Assembly: GCF_009914755.1 (NCBI RefSeq)
Contig: NC_060927.1
Source of the DNA: the human T2T-CHM13v2.0 reference genome, Homo sapiens
DNA length: 64,000 nucleotides
Reading direction: 5' to 3' (one strand)
This document shows positions 27,383 through 43,937 of the stretch, in pieces. Made by a program: the position numbers and the translations under genes. Position 1 is the first letter of the stretch. Every line of letters starts with the position of its first letter. The notes beneath the pieces were generated by a model, which was given only the letters and a program-made list of their open reading frames with translations, had not been told where the DNA came from and did not search any database.

Positions 27383-30300
27383 ATTCAAGTTCAGACCTGT
27401 TGAGGGGATTCCAATTTGTCATTTTCCTACTCTGCATCCAGCTCTCCTTCCTGACAGTCAGTCATGCCGACCAACACTGGCCTTAGGCCCAACACCAGAT
27501 GCTTTGCTGCAAATCACAAAGGTAGAAATCACAAAAATTAGCTACCTTCCATGGAATTCTGTGTTAGTCTCCACTCCCTCCCCATCAGTTCCCATCCAGC
27601 AGCTGGACATGCTTACTTTCTAGAGTTTTCTGTAAGCTCTGACTTATTCACTCTTACCAGTACTGATTAGTGACTTTTCTCTGATCTTCAGCTCTATTTT
27701 TTAGATTTTTTTACTTCTTCAATTCCTCCCACAATTGTGTAAGATCTATTTCTTGTATTACATTTTAAAATGGAATATTATTAAGAGCAGTCTTAGATTT
27801 ACAGAAAAACTGTATAGAAAGCACAAGTTGTCATATACCCTCTCTTCTCTTCCCCACTTGCAGTTTCTTCTATTATTAATACCTTGCTTTAGTGTGGTAC
27901 ATTTGTTACAACTGATGAACCAAAAATAATACATCATTATTAATTAAAGTCCATAGTTAACATTTGGTTTCATGTTTTGTTTTGTACAGCTGTATGGTCT
28001 TTGACAAATGCATAATGTCATGTATCCACCATGACCTATATAATACATTTTTTATTGCATAGTACTCATGGTGGTTCTTTTATTTCATGCCTTTGGTGTT
28101 ATATTTAAAAAGTCATCACCATATACAAGGTCATCTGGCTTTCTTCCTATGTTATCTTCTAGGAGTCTTACAGTTCTGCATTTAGATTTTGGTCTATAAC
28201 CCATTTTGTTTAATTTATTGCCAAGTATTTTATTCTATTCGATATTTTAAAATTTATTTATACAAATGTATGGGGTACAAGTGTAATTTTGTTACACACA
28301 AGTCAGAGATTTAGGTTTTCCATCACCCGAATAACATATATTGTACCCATTAGGTAATCTCTCATATTTGATGCTATTTGATGGAATAAATTTTCTTGAT
28401 TTTATTTTTGGATGTTCATTGCTGATATATGGAAATACAATTAATTGATTTTTGTATATTGATCTTATATATGCAACCCTGATAAACTTGTTTATTACTT
28501 CTAATCATGGTTTTTGAAGATTCTTAAGGATTGCTACACTGGCAAACATGTCATCTATGAGTAAAGATAGTTTTATTTCTTACTTTATAATCTGAGTTTG
28601 ATGCATTTAATCCTTTCTTCCCTCTTTCCACTCTCTTTGTCCTTCCTTCTCTCCATTATTTCCTCTCTTCCTTCTTTTCTTTCCCTGATTGTACTGGCTA
28701 GAATATTTATTATATGTTGAATACAAGCAGCAAAAGCAAACATCCTTGCCTTTTTAGTGATTTTAGGGGAAAATCATGCAGTCTTTCATAATTAAGTATG
28801 GTGTCAGCTGTACATTTTTCATATCTGCCCTTTATCAAGTTAATATTCTCTTCTATTCTTAGTTTTCTGAGAAATTTATGAATGGGTATTCGATTTTGTC
28901 AAGTGCTGTTTCTTGTTTTGTTTTGTTTGTTTGTTTTTTGAGACAGAGTCTTGCTCTGTCATCCATACTGGAGTGCAGTGGCACCATCTTGGTTCACTGC
29001 AACCTCTGCCTCCTGGATTCAAGTGATTCTCTTGCATCAGCCTCCCAAGTAGCTGGGAATACAGGTGCATACCACCATGCCTGGCTAATTTTTGTATTTT
29101 TAGTAGAGACGGGGTTTCACCATGTTGTCCAGGCTGGTCTTGAACTCCTAACCTCAGGTGATCTGCCCACCTTGGCCTTCCAAAGTGCTGAAAAACAGCA
29201 AAGGGCTGCGCCCAGCCCAAATGCTGTTTTTGTGTCTATTGAGATGATCATAGTTTTTAGCCTTTATTCTATTTCATATCATATTGAATTAATTGATATT
29301 TGGATGTTAAACCAACTTTGAATTCCTTGGATAAATTCTACTTGGTCATGGTGTAAAATCCTTTTATATATTGCTGAATTTGTTTTGCTAATATTTTTAA
29401 GTCTTTTTGTGTATATATCATGAGGCATATTGTTTGTGGTTTTCTTTTACTGTAATATCTTTGTCTAGATTGTGTATTATTTCTTCTTTAAATGTTTTGT
29501 AGAATTCACCAGTGAAGCCATCTAAGCATGGACTTTTCTTTATTGGAAAATTTCAAATTAATAATTAAATCTCCTAACCTGGGCAATAGAGTGAGACCGC
29601 ATCTGTACAAAAAATATTTTTTAAAAAGCTGGGCATGGTGGCACATGCCTGTAGTCCCAGCCACTCAGAGGCTGATGTGGGAGGATCATTTGATAGAGCC
29701 ACTGTGCTCTGGCTTGGGCAAAAGAGGGAGACCCTGTCTCAAAGAAATTAATAATAATTAAGTGTCTTTACTTGTTATTAATCTTTTCAGATGTTTTGTT
29801 TCTTCTTGAGTGAGTTTTGGTAATTTGTGTCTTTCCAGGAATTTGTCTATGTAACATAAAGTGTCCAATTTGTTGATATTGAGTAAGGTCAGTAATGATG
29901 ACCCATCTTTTATTTCTGATTTTGGTAATTTGTTCTTTTTTTTTTTCTTGGTAACTGTAGCTAAGGATTTGCTAATTTTGTTGATCTTTTCAAAGAACAA
30001 ACTTTTGGCTCCCTTGTTTTTCTGTATTACTTTCCTGTTTTCTATTTCATTGACTCTTTATGATTTCCTTCTCTCTGCTTGATCTGGGTTTAGTTTAGTA
30101 TCCTTTTTCTAATTTCTTAAGGTGAAAACTTAGATTATTTATTTGAGACTTTTCTTCTTTTATGAGTGTTTAGCACTCCTCCTAAACACTGCTTTAGCTG
30201 CATCCCATAATTTTTCATCAATTTTGTTTATTTTAAATTCAGTTTTAAAAATTTTTTTTGATACAGGGTCTCACTTTGTTGCCCAGGCTGAAGTGCAGTG

Positions 30301-30985
30301 GCGTGATCATGGCTCACTGTAGTCTCAACCTCCTGTGCTCAAGCAATCCTCAGACCTCAGCCTCTTGAGTAGCCGGGACCACAGGCATGTGCCGCCATGC
30401 CCAGCTAATTTTTTGACTTTTTATATAGGAGAGGTATCACTATGTTGCCTAGGCTGTTCTCAAACTCCTGGGCTCAAGCAATTCTTCTGCCTTGGCCTCC
30501 CAAAGTTTTGGGATTACAAATGTGAGCCACCATGCCTGACTAGTTCAAAATATTTTAAAACTTACCTTGTAATTTCTTCTTTGAACCATGGGTCATTTGG
30601 AAATCTATTCTTTAATTTCCAAATCTTTGTGCTTTTTCAAGGTTTTTTTTGTTGTATATCTTTAGTTTAATATCTTTTCATTTAACTTTAAATTAAATTA
30701 ATTAAACAAATATCTTTAATTTAATTCTGCTGTGGTCAGAAAACATATCTGTTTTGGTTTCAATCTTTTAAGATTTATTTAGATCAATTTTGTGGCCCAG
30801 CATATGGTCTATCCTGAACACTGTTCCATGTGTATTTGAAAAGACTATGTATTCTGCAGTTGTGGGGTGATTTTCTATAAATGTCAATTAGGTTGACTAG
30901 TCCATGGAATTGTTTAAATCTTCTACAATCATGATTTTCTGTCTAGTTGTTCTATCAATTATTGAAAGAGGAGTATTAAAACCTT

Positions 30986-31674
<689 letters not shown>

Positions 31675-33837
31675 TAGGACTACAGGAACATGCCACTATG
31701 CCCAGCTAATTTTTATATATTTTGTAAAGATAGGGTTTTGCCATGTTGCCCAGGCTGACCTCAAACTCCTGAGCTCAAGCGATCCTCCTGCCTTGGCCTC
31801 CCAGAGTGCTGGGATTCCAGGCATGAGCTACCTTACCTGGCCTGGGGAATTTTAAGGAGTTAGATGTGGGGCTGGAAGGTATGCAAATATATGCAGGGAG
31901 AAACTCTAGATGCACCAGCATTCTCAACTGATTTTGTATTTTTTGTAGACTCAGAGTTTCGCCAGGCTGGTCTTGAACTCCTGAGCTCAAGTTATCTGCC
32001 TGCCTCGGTCTCCCAAAGTGCTGGAATTACAGGCGTGAGCCACTGCACCTGGCCTACTGTTGCATTTTCTCCCTCTCCTTTCAGTTCTGCCAGTTTTTGC
32101 TTCATGTGTTTTGGGGCCCTTTTGTTATATTTATAATTGTTACATCTTCCTGATGCGTTGATCATTTTATCATTATGAAATATCCCTTTTTGTCTCAAGT
32201 ATTATTTCATCTCTTAAAGTCTATTTTGTCTGATAAGGCCATTCAGCCCTCTTTTCCCATCCTTTTACATCCAACCTATTGTGTGTAAGATGCGTCACTT
32301 GTGGGTTTTTTGTTTTGTTTGTTTGTTTAATCCAGTCCAACAACCTGTGTTCTTTGAATGTGATGTTTAGCCTACTTATATTTAATATAATTATTGATAT
32401 GGCAGGATTTATGTCTGTCATTTTGCTATTTTCTTTCTGTATTTTGTTCTATTTCTATTTTTGTTGTTGTTTGTTCCTCCATTACTGCCTTCTTTTGTGT
32501 TAAATATTTTACGTGTATTATGTTAATTTCTCTGTTGATTTTTTACTATATCTTTGAGGTTTTTTTTAGTTGTTGTTCAAGTGCTTACAATGTGTATCTC
32601 AACTTCTCACAATACGTATTTGAGTGATGCTAATTTAATTCTGGGAGTCATACAGTACCTGGCATTTTCAGATTGCTTCTTTTACTTAGCAGCATGTTTT
32701 CAAGGTTTTTTCCATGTCTTCTTTGGTGGCTTGATATCTCATTTCTTTTTATCACTGAATAGTAAGAACATCTTGGTTGCTTTCCACTTTTGGCAGCTAT
32801 TAATAAAGCTGTTATAAAAATTTGAGTGCAGATTTTGTGTGGACACAAGTCCAATTCATTTGGGTAAATACCAAGAGGCACAACTGCTGTATCATATGGC
32901 AAAACTTTACTTAGTTTTTTGTTGTTGTTGTTTTTCATTTGTTTTTTAAATCAAACTGACAAACTGTCCTCTGGAGGGGCTATACCATTTTGCATTCCCA
33001 TTAGCAGTGAATGAGAGTTCCTGTTGCACCATATCCTCATCAGCATTTGGTGTTGTCAGTGTTTGGATTTTGGCCGTTTTAGTAGCTATGCAGTGATATC
33101 TTATTATTTATAATTTTGACTTACAATTCCCCAATGGCATATCATGTTCAACAAGTTTTATATGTTTACTTGTCATCTGTATGTCTTCTTTAGTGAACTG
33201 TTTGTTTAGATTTTTTTTTGTTCATTTTAAAATTGATTGTTTTCTTATTGTTGATTTGTAATAGTTTTTTTTGTATGTTTTGGACAACAGTCTTCTATCA
33301 GATATGTCTTTTGTAAATATTTTCTCCCAGTCTGTGGCTTCTTTTTACTCTCTTAACAGTGCCAAGAAGTTTTTAATTCTACTTTATCATTTTTTAAATT
33401 TGTTAATTTTTTCCATCATGGATCATGCTTTTGGTGTTGTATCTAAAAAGTCATTGCTGAGAGCAAGGCCACGTAGATTTTTTTCTATGTTATCTTCCAG
33501 GAGTTTTACAGTCTTATACTTTACATTTAGGTCAATGATCTCTTTTGAGTTGATTTTTGTGAAAGGTGTAAGGTCTGTGTCTAGATTCATTTTTTTTTGG
33601 CATGTGGATCTGCAGTGTTCCAGCACCATTTGTTGAAAAGACTATCATTTCTCCATTGAATAGCATTTGCCCCTTTCTCTATGACCAGTTGACTGTATTT
33701 TTGTGTTTTTTATGGGTCTATTTTGGGGCTTTCATTTTTGTTCCATTAATTTATTTGTCTATTCTTTCACCAGGACCACACTGTCTTGATTACTGTAGCT
33801 TTATAGTAACTCTTGAGGTTGAGTAGTGTTAGTTCGT

Positions 33838-33981
33838 TCTTTCTTCTTCATCTTCTCCTTCTTCTTCTCTTCTTCTTCTCCTCCTCCTCCTCCTCCTTCT
33901 CCTTATCCTTCTCCTTCTCCTTCCTCTTCTCCTTCTTCTCCTTCCTCTTCTCCTTCTTCTCCTTCTTCCTCTTCTTCTTCT
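33838..33981 (+). repeat. (TTC/CTC)n pyrimidine trinucleotide tract
   Basis: Direct reading of the sequence. Confidence 0.9.
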
Positions 33982-36433
33982 GTATTACGTTGGTTATTCT
34001 GGGTCTTTTGCCTTTTCATGTAAACTTTAGAATCAGTTTGTTGCTATCCACAAAATAACATCCGTGATTTTGATCAGGATTGTGGTAAATCTCTAGATTG
34101 AATTGGAAATAACTGAAATCTTAACAATATTGAAGTTTCTATCCATGAATATGTAATATCTCTCTACCTAGATATTCTTTGATTTCTTTTACCAGGGTTC
34201 TGTAGTGTTCCTCATATAGATCTTGCATATATTTTGCTAGATTCATACCTAAATCTACCTTTCTTTCTCTGTTTTTTGGGAGTTGTCCTCATGTAAATGG
34301 TATATGTATTTTTATTTAAAAACTTATCCATCTTGGATAACTGAAACTATATCCATTGAGGGATTGTGTTTTAAATTTCAAATTGCAATTGTTCATTGCT
34401 GTATACAGGAAAACAATTTTTGCATGTTAACCTGTATCCTGCAACTTGATGTACCAATTTATTAGTTCTAGAAAAACTTCATTTTTTTATTTTAATTGTC
34501 TGTAATTCTACTTCAATTCTATATTCTATCTCTTGGCTAAAATAGTAATCTAATGAATTTCTACAAACTCAATCACTTCTGTTTGTTTCTCAGTCATTTA
34601 GGGGCTTCTTGCCCTCCCCTGTTTCTCCCTAGGTTGGCATGCACATATTAGGTGTTAGTGCACTGTTGTGGCAGATCTGTAAGGTGCCTAGTTGGTAGCT
34701 CCTTCACTATATTGGCATTGGCTGCTGAGATCTGCACATTCACATGTGTAGCTAAGTCCCAACCTTTGGAGACTGGAGGGGGTGAGTCCTGGGCCCTCTC
34801 TGCTGAGGCCACCATGTTGCCAATTCTACACTGTTGCTGCCACCACTTGCTGGCTGAGTTTGGTGGACGGGTACTGTGATCTTGCTTTCTTTTCTGGGCC
34901 CCACCCAGGAAAAGAACACTGGTATCCTTGCTCTCAGGTTCTCCAAATTGTATGGAGATTGTTAGCCACCTTCAACGGTTATTGTGGGGGAATGGATCTG
35001 GACAAAGGCCACTTTCTCAGGGACACATGGCAAGCTAAGCTCTCTAGTTTCCCGTCCAACTTGCTCTATATTTAGTATTTTTAGTATAAGTTTAGGCCTA
35101 GATTCCTTGAAATTTTTGAAACTCTAAATCCTGTTTTTTCCTCAAAAAGCATGGTTCTTGCCAATCAAAAGATTTTTGCCTCTGCCATTAGTTTTAAGAG
35201 TCTATTCCAAGATTTTGAGTCTATTTTAGAAAGTCAGAAGCCAGTATTTGATTTTAATTCCTTGGATTGCTAGTATAAAGTTTCTTTTCTTTACATTTTG
35301 CTAGTAATTTTTAAAAATGGGAATGAGTGTTTAATTATAATCATGATTTTTCTTCTTTAAAATAGTTACAGTGATGGATTTTTCACTGTTGAGCCATCAG
35401 TATTTTCCTGGAGAAACCCCTATATATATAGAAAGAATTTTGATTGCAATTTGCTTATAGTTTATTTAGAGTTTTTACATCTACATTTATTATTAACAGT
35501 AGTCTAAATTTTCCTTTCTCATAGTATACTTGTCTGGTTTTGACATCAGTGCTTTGCCAGCATGATAGATAGTTGGGTGGCTTTCTATTCTTTCTATACT
35601 CTAGAATAGTTTGGAGTACTTGGAATGATCTGCTGTTTTACATTTTGCAGAACTATTCTTGGTGGCAAAAAGTGCCCATTGCTCACAATACCCATTTTAT
35701 CCTTTAAATGTATATGTGTGTAGTATTTTAATTAGAGAGACAGAGGGCAAGACAGAGACAGAGAGAGAGAGCAAGAGAGAGAGTATGTGTGTGTGTGTGT
35801 GTTCTTTTTCAAAAACTTCATTATATCAGGGCTTTCTTACAGCTGGAGTCACAAGTCCACTTGAAGAGGCAGTTTGTAGAGTGGTTAAGAGCCCAGGTAC
35901 TGGCATCAGATGCTTGCAGTTGAATCCTAGTAACCTCATCCCTTCGCTCCTCTGAGCATTTTTTTCTTCAGCATCCTCCCTCCTGCTTACCCTTCTCTTC
36001 TAGCTTTCTCCTTTCCAGAACTGTGGTCCTCTCTTGTCCACTGAAAGCATTTCTCCCACTCTCTTCATGATGTGAGCTTTCCTGGGTGAAGTTAATTTCT
36101 TTATCTTCATTTTACTTGGGCTCAGGAGAGAGGATTAAGTGTGTTTTAAACAGCTAAATTTTCTCTCCTGCTTTACCTTTTCTAATTTTTAGTTTCATCC
36201 TCCAGCTTCCTTTCATTTGAGGTATGTCCATGATAAACAACATATGGTTGGGTATTTTTAAAACCCAATGTGAGATTCTGTTAATAGACACATTTTACCC
36301 ATTTCCGTTTAACACAGACTTATCCATCTTTGAGTTTTCTATCTATCGTGCTTTCTTATTATTTTCTTCCATTTCATGCTGCTGTTGAATTGATTGAGTT
36401 TTCCCCTTCATGTTTTTCTTCTGTTTTAGGAGT

Positions 36434-37330
36434 TGTGGCAGAGGCTGCTGATTGCCTCCCCAAAATCCACGTTCACTTCTACCTTAGAAATGGAACCTAG
36501 ATGTAGAGGACATTGTTCTGTTCATCAACATTCTTGTTCTCTTTTCCTTTTTGGCAGGTGGGAAGATTGTATTTCCCTTCTCCTTGAGGTTAGACACAGT
36601 TACATGGCTAGTTGAGCCAACAGAAGAGGAGCCGAAGTGAAATATGACACTTCCAAGTGAAAGACTATAACTGCTGATGCTTTTCTCTCATCCCTGCCAA
36701 GAGCACAATCACAGAGGTTCATATCCATATGAAGGCAGTATCAGAGTGGAGGAGCTTGGAATGCTGAGCAAACACACGGAGGAACGCTGCTGTGGTGCAT
36801 TACATGGACTCCAGCAGGCTTCGCATGAGTGACAAATACACTTCAGTCAAGCCACTGAGATTAGGCAGTTTGTCCTGCAGCACAGTCTAGCCTATTTGGA
36901 TGTATCTGAGTTTAGTCATGGTAGCATTATGCATCCTTGTAGCTGGGAGGGTCAAGTAACAGTTCTAGCAAACAAAATATAAATTGAGGTGACTGGGCAA
37001 GTGAGCCTTCTAGGAAAAGCCTTTTAAAGAAACAAATTCAGCTGGCATGAGCAGTTTCTATTTTTGTCCTTCATTTTCTTGCCTGGAATGTAGACATGAT
37101 GGCTGGAACTGTAGGAGTTATCTTGACAGCATGAGGACTAGGGTCCCATCCAATGGTGCAGTGTGGACAGAGGAAAGGAGATGGGACCCTGCTGACATCA
37201 TGGAGCTGCCATACTTTGGACTTCCCACATCTGGGATTCATTTACGGGAGAGGAAAACAAACTTTTGTGTTGTTTAACCCACTGTTTTTCAAGTTTCTAT
37301 TCCTAACAGCCCAGTGCAATTTTTAACTGT
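36434..37330. mobile_element. MLT1 (MaLR) LTR remnants, probably two nested
   Basis: cctgcctggaatgtagacatgatggctgga...gccatcttg-like and aagccactgaga motifs typical of MLT1. Confidence 0.6.
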
Positions 37331-37519
37331 TATGGAAGGTACAGAAGTAATTTTAATTCTTCCAGTATTTATACTATTAGTTTTTCATATTTTTATTGTG
37401 GAAACTTTCAAACATATCCAAAAATACAGACAGTAGTCATCATCCAGCTTCAGCAATGATCAACTCATAGCCAATCATGCTCCACTCACATCCCCCACTT
37501 TCTCCTCCTGGGTTGATAT

Positions 37520-37770
<251 letters not shown>

Positions 37771-39919
37771 ACCCTGGGTTGATTCTTGCAACCGGTTCTG
37801 CTGCTGTTATGGGTGACATGTTGTTTATCCTCAATCCACCTCTGAGAAATGGACCTCTCTGTGCTCCACCCCTTGACCTAAACTCACCTTCTGCAATGCC
37901 CATGGTCCCTGCCTTGGCCTCAGGTGGCAAGGTCTTTATAGTCTGTGGCTTCTTGTCTCTATCTCAGGCCTCTTTGGGACCACCAGTCCTCTTGGCACTT
38001 CTTGCCTCCCCCATCTGGGGATCCCAGGGATCTTGGCTACTTACGTGCTCCATAGGGAAGTGTACAGGACTCAGTGGGAGCTGTCCCCAGACCCATCACT
38101 TAGGCATCTCCCTTGGCTTCTGCTTCCTTTCATCTCTGAGCTATGCAGTCTCCCCAGGTTATATTCTCAGATCTCCCTTTGCCTATTGGGGTGACACAAG
38201 GGAAAGAGGTGGAGGGCAGGGGCAGGCAGCAGGCTGCAGCAGTACCTCAGCCTCCTCACACTCTTTCTCAGGGTCATGCATGGGCTTTTCTTTTGTCTCT
38301 TCTTGTGTAGCTGGAAATTTCTCTGCCCTCTACCCCAACCCCCACCTCCTGCCACCCTCTGCACACGGAGGCTTACCAATAGGCTGCTAACACCTCCCGG
38401 TTTTCCCAGGACAGTCATGGTTTGCACTTGGTATTTCCAATGTATTTATCAAGATTGCACCTTTCACTCTCAAAATCTATGGTCACCTTTTTAAAGGTAA
38501 AACTCTATGCAAAGCTATTTGTTGACACTTGATATGAAAGCACAGCTTTGAGAGTGCCCAGGAAACATTTTTTCTTTCAACCCACTGTAGCTCTTCTACA
38601 TAAGTGCCTGCTTCCACTAACTTGTGGACTTGAGCAAACTCAATTTTTTGAAACAAAGCTGATCGACTTTTTCACACTAAGCATTTCCACCCTGGCAGGG
38701 TGGGGATGGAGTAGGGTGGTGCCCTCCTGTAACATGGGTGTATGTGTGGTCAGCGGGATGCTGGTCAGTCCACTCAAACTGCCTGGCATGGCATGGCGGT
38801 GGCTGTGGTCATCTCATTTTGGATTTAGCACGTGGGACACAAAGAAGCAAAAGACAAGGCTCTGGAGACCCTGGGGCTGTGTGGTCAGAGCTGAGGTTGG
38901 TGATGTATCAGGTGGGAGGCTTGAAAGCATAGGGTGGGCACCCTGGGGACAAAGAGATGAGATGCCATCTGGGAATCCTTTCCCATTGGTGGAAGAGAAC
39001 TGCAGGGGATGGGCCCTCACTTACTGAGCTACCTTCTTAGGGCCTCAGCAGGCTGGGCCAGTGTGAGGGCCAATGCAATTCTTTATTTATGGGAGGGCTG
39101 TGGGCACATATCTCTTGGGGACACCATGTCATCTGAGGGAGGAGCAAGATTGAGGATACTCGGTCCCCCTAGAGTGCTCTGAGATCTACTCCCATCCCAA
39201 AGCCACAAGCACAGCCTCCCCTTCTACACTTCAGTGTTTCAGCATATGATACGTGTTCTCAGAAAGAGTTCCTCCTGCAGCTCAATCCTCAGCAATAGTA
39301 AGGAGTGACAGGAAGGGCCTCTGAGGTCTGCCTCTGAGAGTCCCACCAGCAGCCTTACCCCTACTGAGGAGGGGAGAGTGGCTCCAGTGATCTAGGCCAA
39401 CACTGGCCACAGACCTCACTGTTAAAGAGGAGTCTTTCTCCTGACTCCCATCCCATGCCTCACTCACCTCCTCTTCCTTGGGGCTCTCCAATGCCCACTG
39501 CCCACAGGTCCCGACCATCCCTAGCTTCTTAAGGCCCCTGACCACCAGCAGGACACCCAAAGTGGAGTGGTGGTGAAGGCTTTGGATGAAGCTTGGCTTT
39601 CTTGGGCTAGCCCTTGAGTCTCATTGCTCACAGTTGGGTGGTGCCATCTTCTTGAGATCCTGTCTATCTGGGACAAGAGGTCTCACTCATGTTCCCCTCA
39701 AAAGCCCCTCCCATTCAGCCCCCAGCTACCAAGCTGTGTCTTCCTGTTTCCAAAAGTTTTTGACCCAAAGTGGTGCTCCCACTGGATTCCTATTTCACTT
39801 GGCATTGTTAGCATATCAGAGAGCAGGAAGCCTTGATGACCTGTCTCCTGTGTTCAGCATGAAATTCTGTAGAGCATCCTCAAGTGGGACTACATGGGCC
39901 AGCTGAGAAGGGCTTAACT

Positions 39920-40060
39920 CAGCAGTTCCCAAACCAAGACTGCACTTTGGAATCCTGATGCCAGGCCTCATACCCGTCCAGTTAAAGCAGAATCCCTGGG
40001 TGGATCCAGGTATCATTATTTTTTTTAGTGTCCTAGGGGATTGCAATGTCCTATGTTGAA
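39920..40060. mobile_element. MER5-like hAT fragment
   Basis: cagcagttcccaaac...cagaatccctggg...ggggattgcaatgt resembles MER5A. Confidence 0.5.
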
Positions 40061-40389
40061 AATATATAACTCAGAGACTTAAACCATTGCCAATCCAGGT
40101 TTTAAACACCTCTCACTCTTGGGGTAGCACCTAAGGGGTTAGTCATGCAGAGTTCCTATTATGCCCAGCTGCAGACCTATCTAGTTTCATACCACTTGCT
40201 GCTGTGAGTAGGAGGTGGGCAGAGCTGTATCCAGCACCACTGAATGGGTTCCCTTGGAAGAGCGGGATTCAGTCAGAAAGTCCAGGTACCCAGTTGCTTC
40301 ACTGCCACCTGCAGCTACTGCAGATGATGGGTGTCAGGCTGAACCCTGAGCCCTCACATCTGCTACAGCTGTTCTGGAGACTCACCCCC

Positions 40390-40390
<1 letters not shown>

Positions 40391-40430
<40 letters not shown>
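40391..40430 (+). repeat. (AC)20 microsatellite
   Basis: Perfect dinucleotide run. Confidence 0.95.
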
Positions 40431-40433
<3 letters not shown>

Positions 40434-41595
40434 TTAGGGAAAGTGTCACCCAGCTGCAAGGCATGAAGACCCCTGCACACCTCCCTTCCCACCGCTCCTG
40501 CAGGGCCCACCATGGAAAAACCCTGCGGAGGGTTGCAGACCTCAGACTTCTGGGATGGAGGTTCACACAAACATCTGAGGGACACAAGCTGAGAGTGAGG
40601 GGCCTTGGGCATGGATGACAAACCAGAGACAGTGAGAGACCACATGAGAGATGGTTGCGCCATAGGTGCCCAGAGACAGAGAGAGACTTAGCAAAGCAGT
40701 AGCCCAGCAGCACCCACCCAAGGCAGGCCCAGCAGACGGTGAGGCATCCTGGGGGGAGGCCAGAGAGGGGACATGGGGGTGGAGGAGGAGCACAGCTGCT
40801 TCTGAGGACATTATAGGATTTAGAGGCTGTGTGCCCAATGACCTCCAGTGGCAGAGGGACAACCCTTTCCCCTGCCTATCCCTAGTCCTCTGTTTGTTTA
40901 CCTGCCCCCATGCCACCCCCACAACCATCCCCCCACAGCCCCCAAGTCTCTCTCCCCTCCCTGATCCCATGCCTGGTTCTCCAAGGAAGTGCCCAGCAGA
41001 GGGGAGGGAAGCCTTGTTGTTCAGCCCCAGGGTGGGCAGGCGGCAGGCACAGCTGCTGCCCTCAGCTCCTGCTCTGGCTTCCCCAGGGGCTGGCTCTGGC
41101 TGGCTGCTCCCTGACTCCCTTCCCCACCATAAGGCACAGCGTCTGTCCTGCTGTTGCCCAGCTGAAGTGCCATGTCCTCCTGGCTCCCTGCCAAGCACTC
41201 TGCCGGCCCTGAGGGCCTTGCCAAGCACAGGCCTGTGGAATCCTGGCCTTCCCAGCTGGCCCTGGCTGCAGCCAGATTCTCTGATCTTCTGATCTGAATG
41301 GAGATGCCTGGACAGGGGCTGCAGGAAACTAAAGCCCAATGCCTACTCCCACTGTGGAAGGGGCCAAAATCAGGCTGACTGAGGCATCATTGCTTGACCT
41401 GGGCCCTGGGGTCTCTCTTGGATGCAAGACTGTCCCGGTATGCTGTTAGGAACAGGGGCCTAGGTTGGTGACCTGAGGACAGGGGCTCTAGACCACACCA
41501 GGGAATCTTTCTGGGGGGAAGGCAGAAAACTTAGAGGCTGAACCCTCCTCCATGAGTCTAATCTCCAAAGGGCAAGTGTATGGTCAGTAAGGGTC

Positions 41596-41601
41596 TTTAT
41601 T
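41596..41601 (-). terminator. Polyadenylation signal AATAAA of IQCF6
   Basis: TTTATT on the + strand, ~40 nt downstream of the stop codon. Confidence 0.75.
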
Positions 41602-41638
41602 GGAAGAGAGATCCAGCCTCCTTGGCTCTGTCAGCGCC

Positions 41639-42130
<492 letters not shown>

Positions 42131-42225
42131 CTAGGGCCCATCCATCTTGTTTCCAATCCCCCACTCACATTTAGACACGGTTCATTACCTGTCAGGTAAG
42201 TCCCTACTGCAAGGGCCTTACTCAC

Positions 42226-42240
42226 ATTTTGCGTGTCCAT
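42226..42240 (-). CDS. IQCF6: Upstream coding exon of IQCF6 (MDTQN)
   Basis: Minus strand reads aaggccATGGACACGCAAAAT|gtgagt: strong Kozak context and a consensus donor at 42225. The phase-0 218-bp intron joins in frame to TTAGAG (LEK) at 42007. Confidence 0.7.
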
Positions 42241-42289
42241 GGCCTTGATCCTTAGGGTCCACTTATCTGTCACTTAGGCCACCCTTGTC

Positions 42290-42345
42290 TTTAGCCCCAC
42301 CCTCAACTGTTAGTCACACCTCCATCATTGGACTCCGCCCACTTG
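42290..42345 (-). promoter_or_regulatory. Candidate IQCF6 proximal promoter (CACCC, MYB-like, CCAAT, GC box)
   Basis: CCCCACCC at ~42295, CAACTGTTA at 42304-42312, ATTGG at 42327-42331 and CCGCCC at 42335-42340, all within ~100 bp upstream of the exon-1 ATG. Confidence 0.4.
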
Positions 42346-42584
42346 CACACAAGACTCTACCTCATCAGGTCCCGTCTGCACGCATTTTAACCACATTTCT
42401 CTCTCCTCTTCTCTTGCTTTCATCTCTTTTGCTTTATTGATTCCCACCACTTTGGGAGCCTACCATTATCTCTTGCCTTCAGTTTATTTCTCAGCCCCAG
42501 TGGCATTCCTGATCCTCCTGATGGCAGTGAAGAGAGAGTCATGCAGCTTACCTACAAGGAAGGAGTTTTACTTTAAGCCTCTAC

Positions 42585-43937
<1,353 letters not shown>

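Noticed and set aside
37779-38390. 203-aa ORF
   Set aside because: Non-ATG start, no domain, no supporting gene structure.
40563-41339. Overlapping 258-aa (-) and 208-aa (+) ORFs
   Set aside because: GC-rich, low-complexity translations with no recognisable domain; openness on both strands is expected at this composition.
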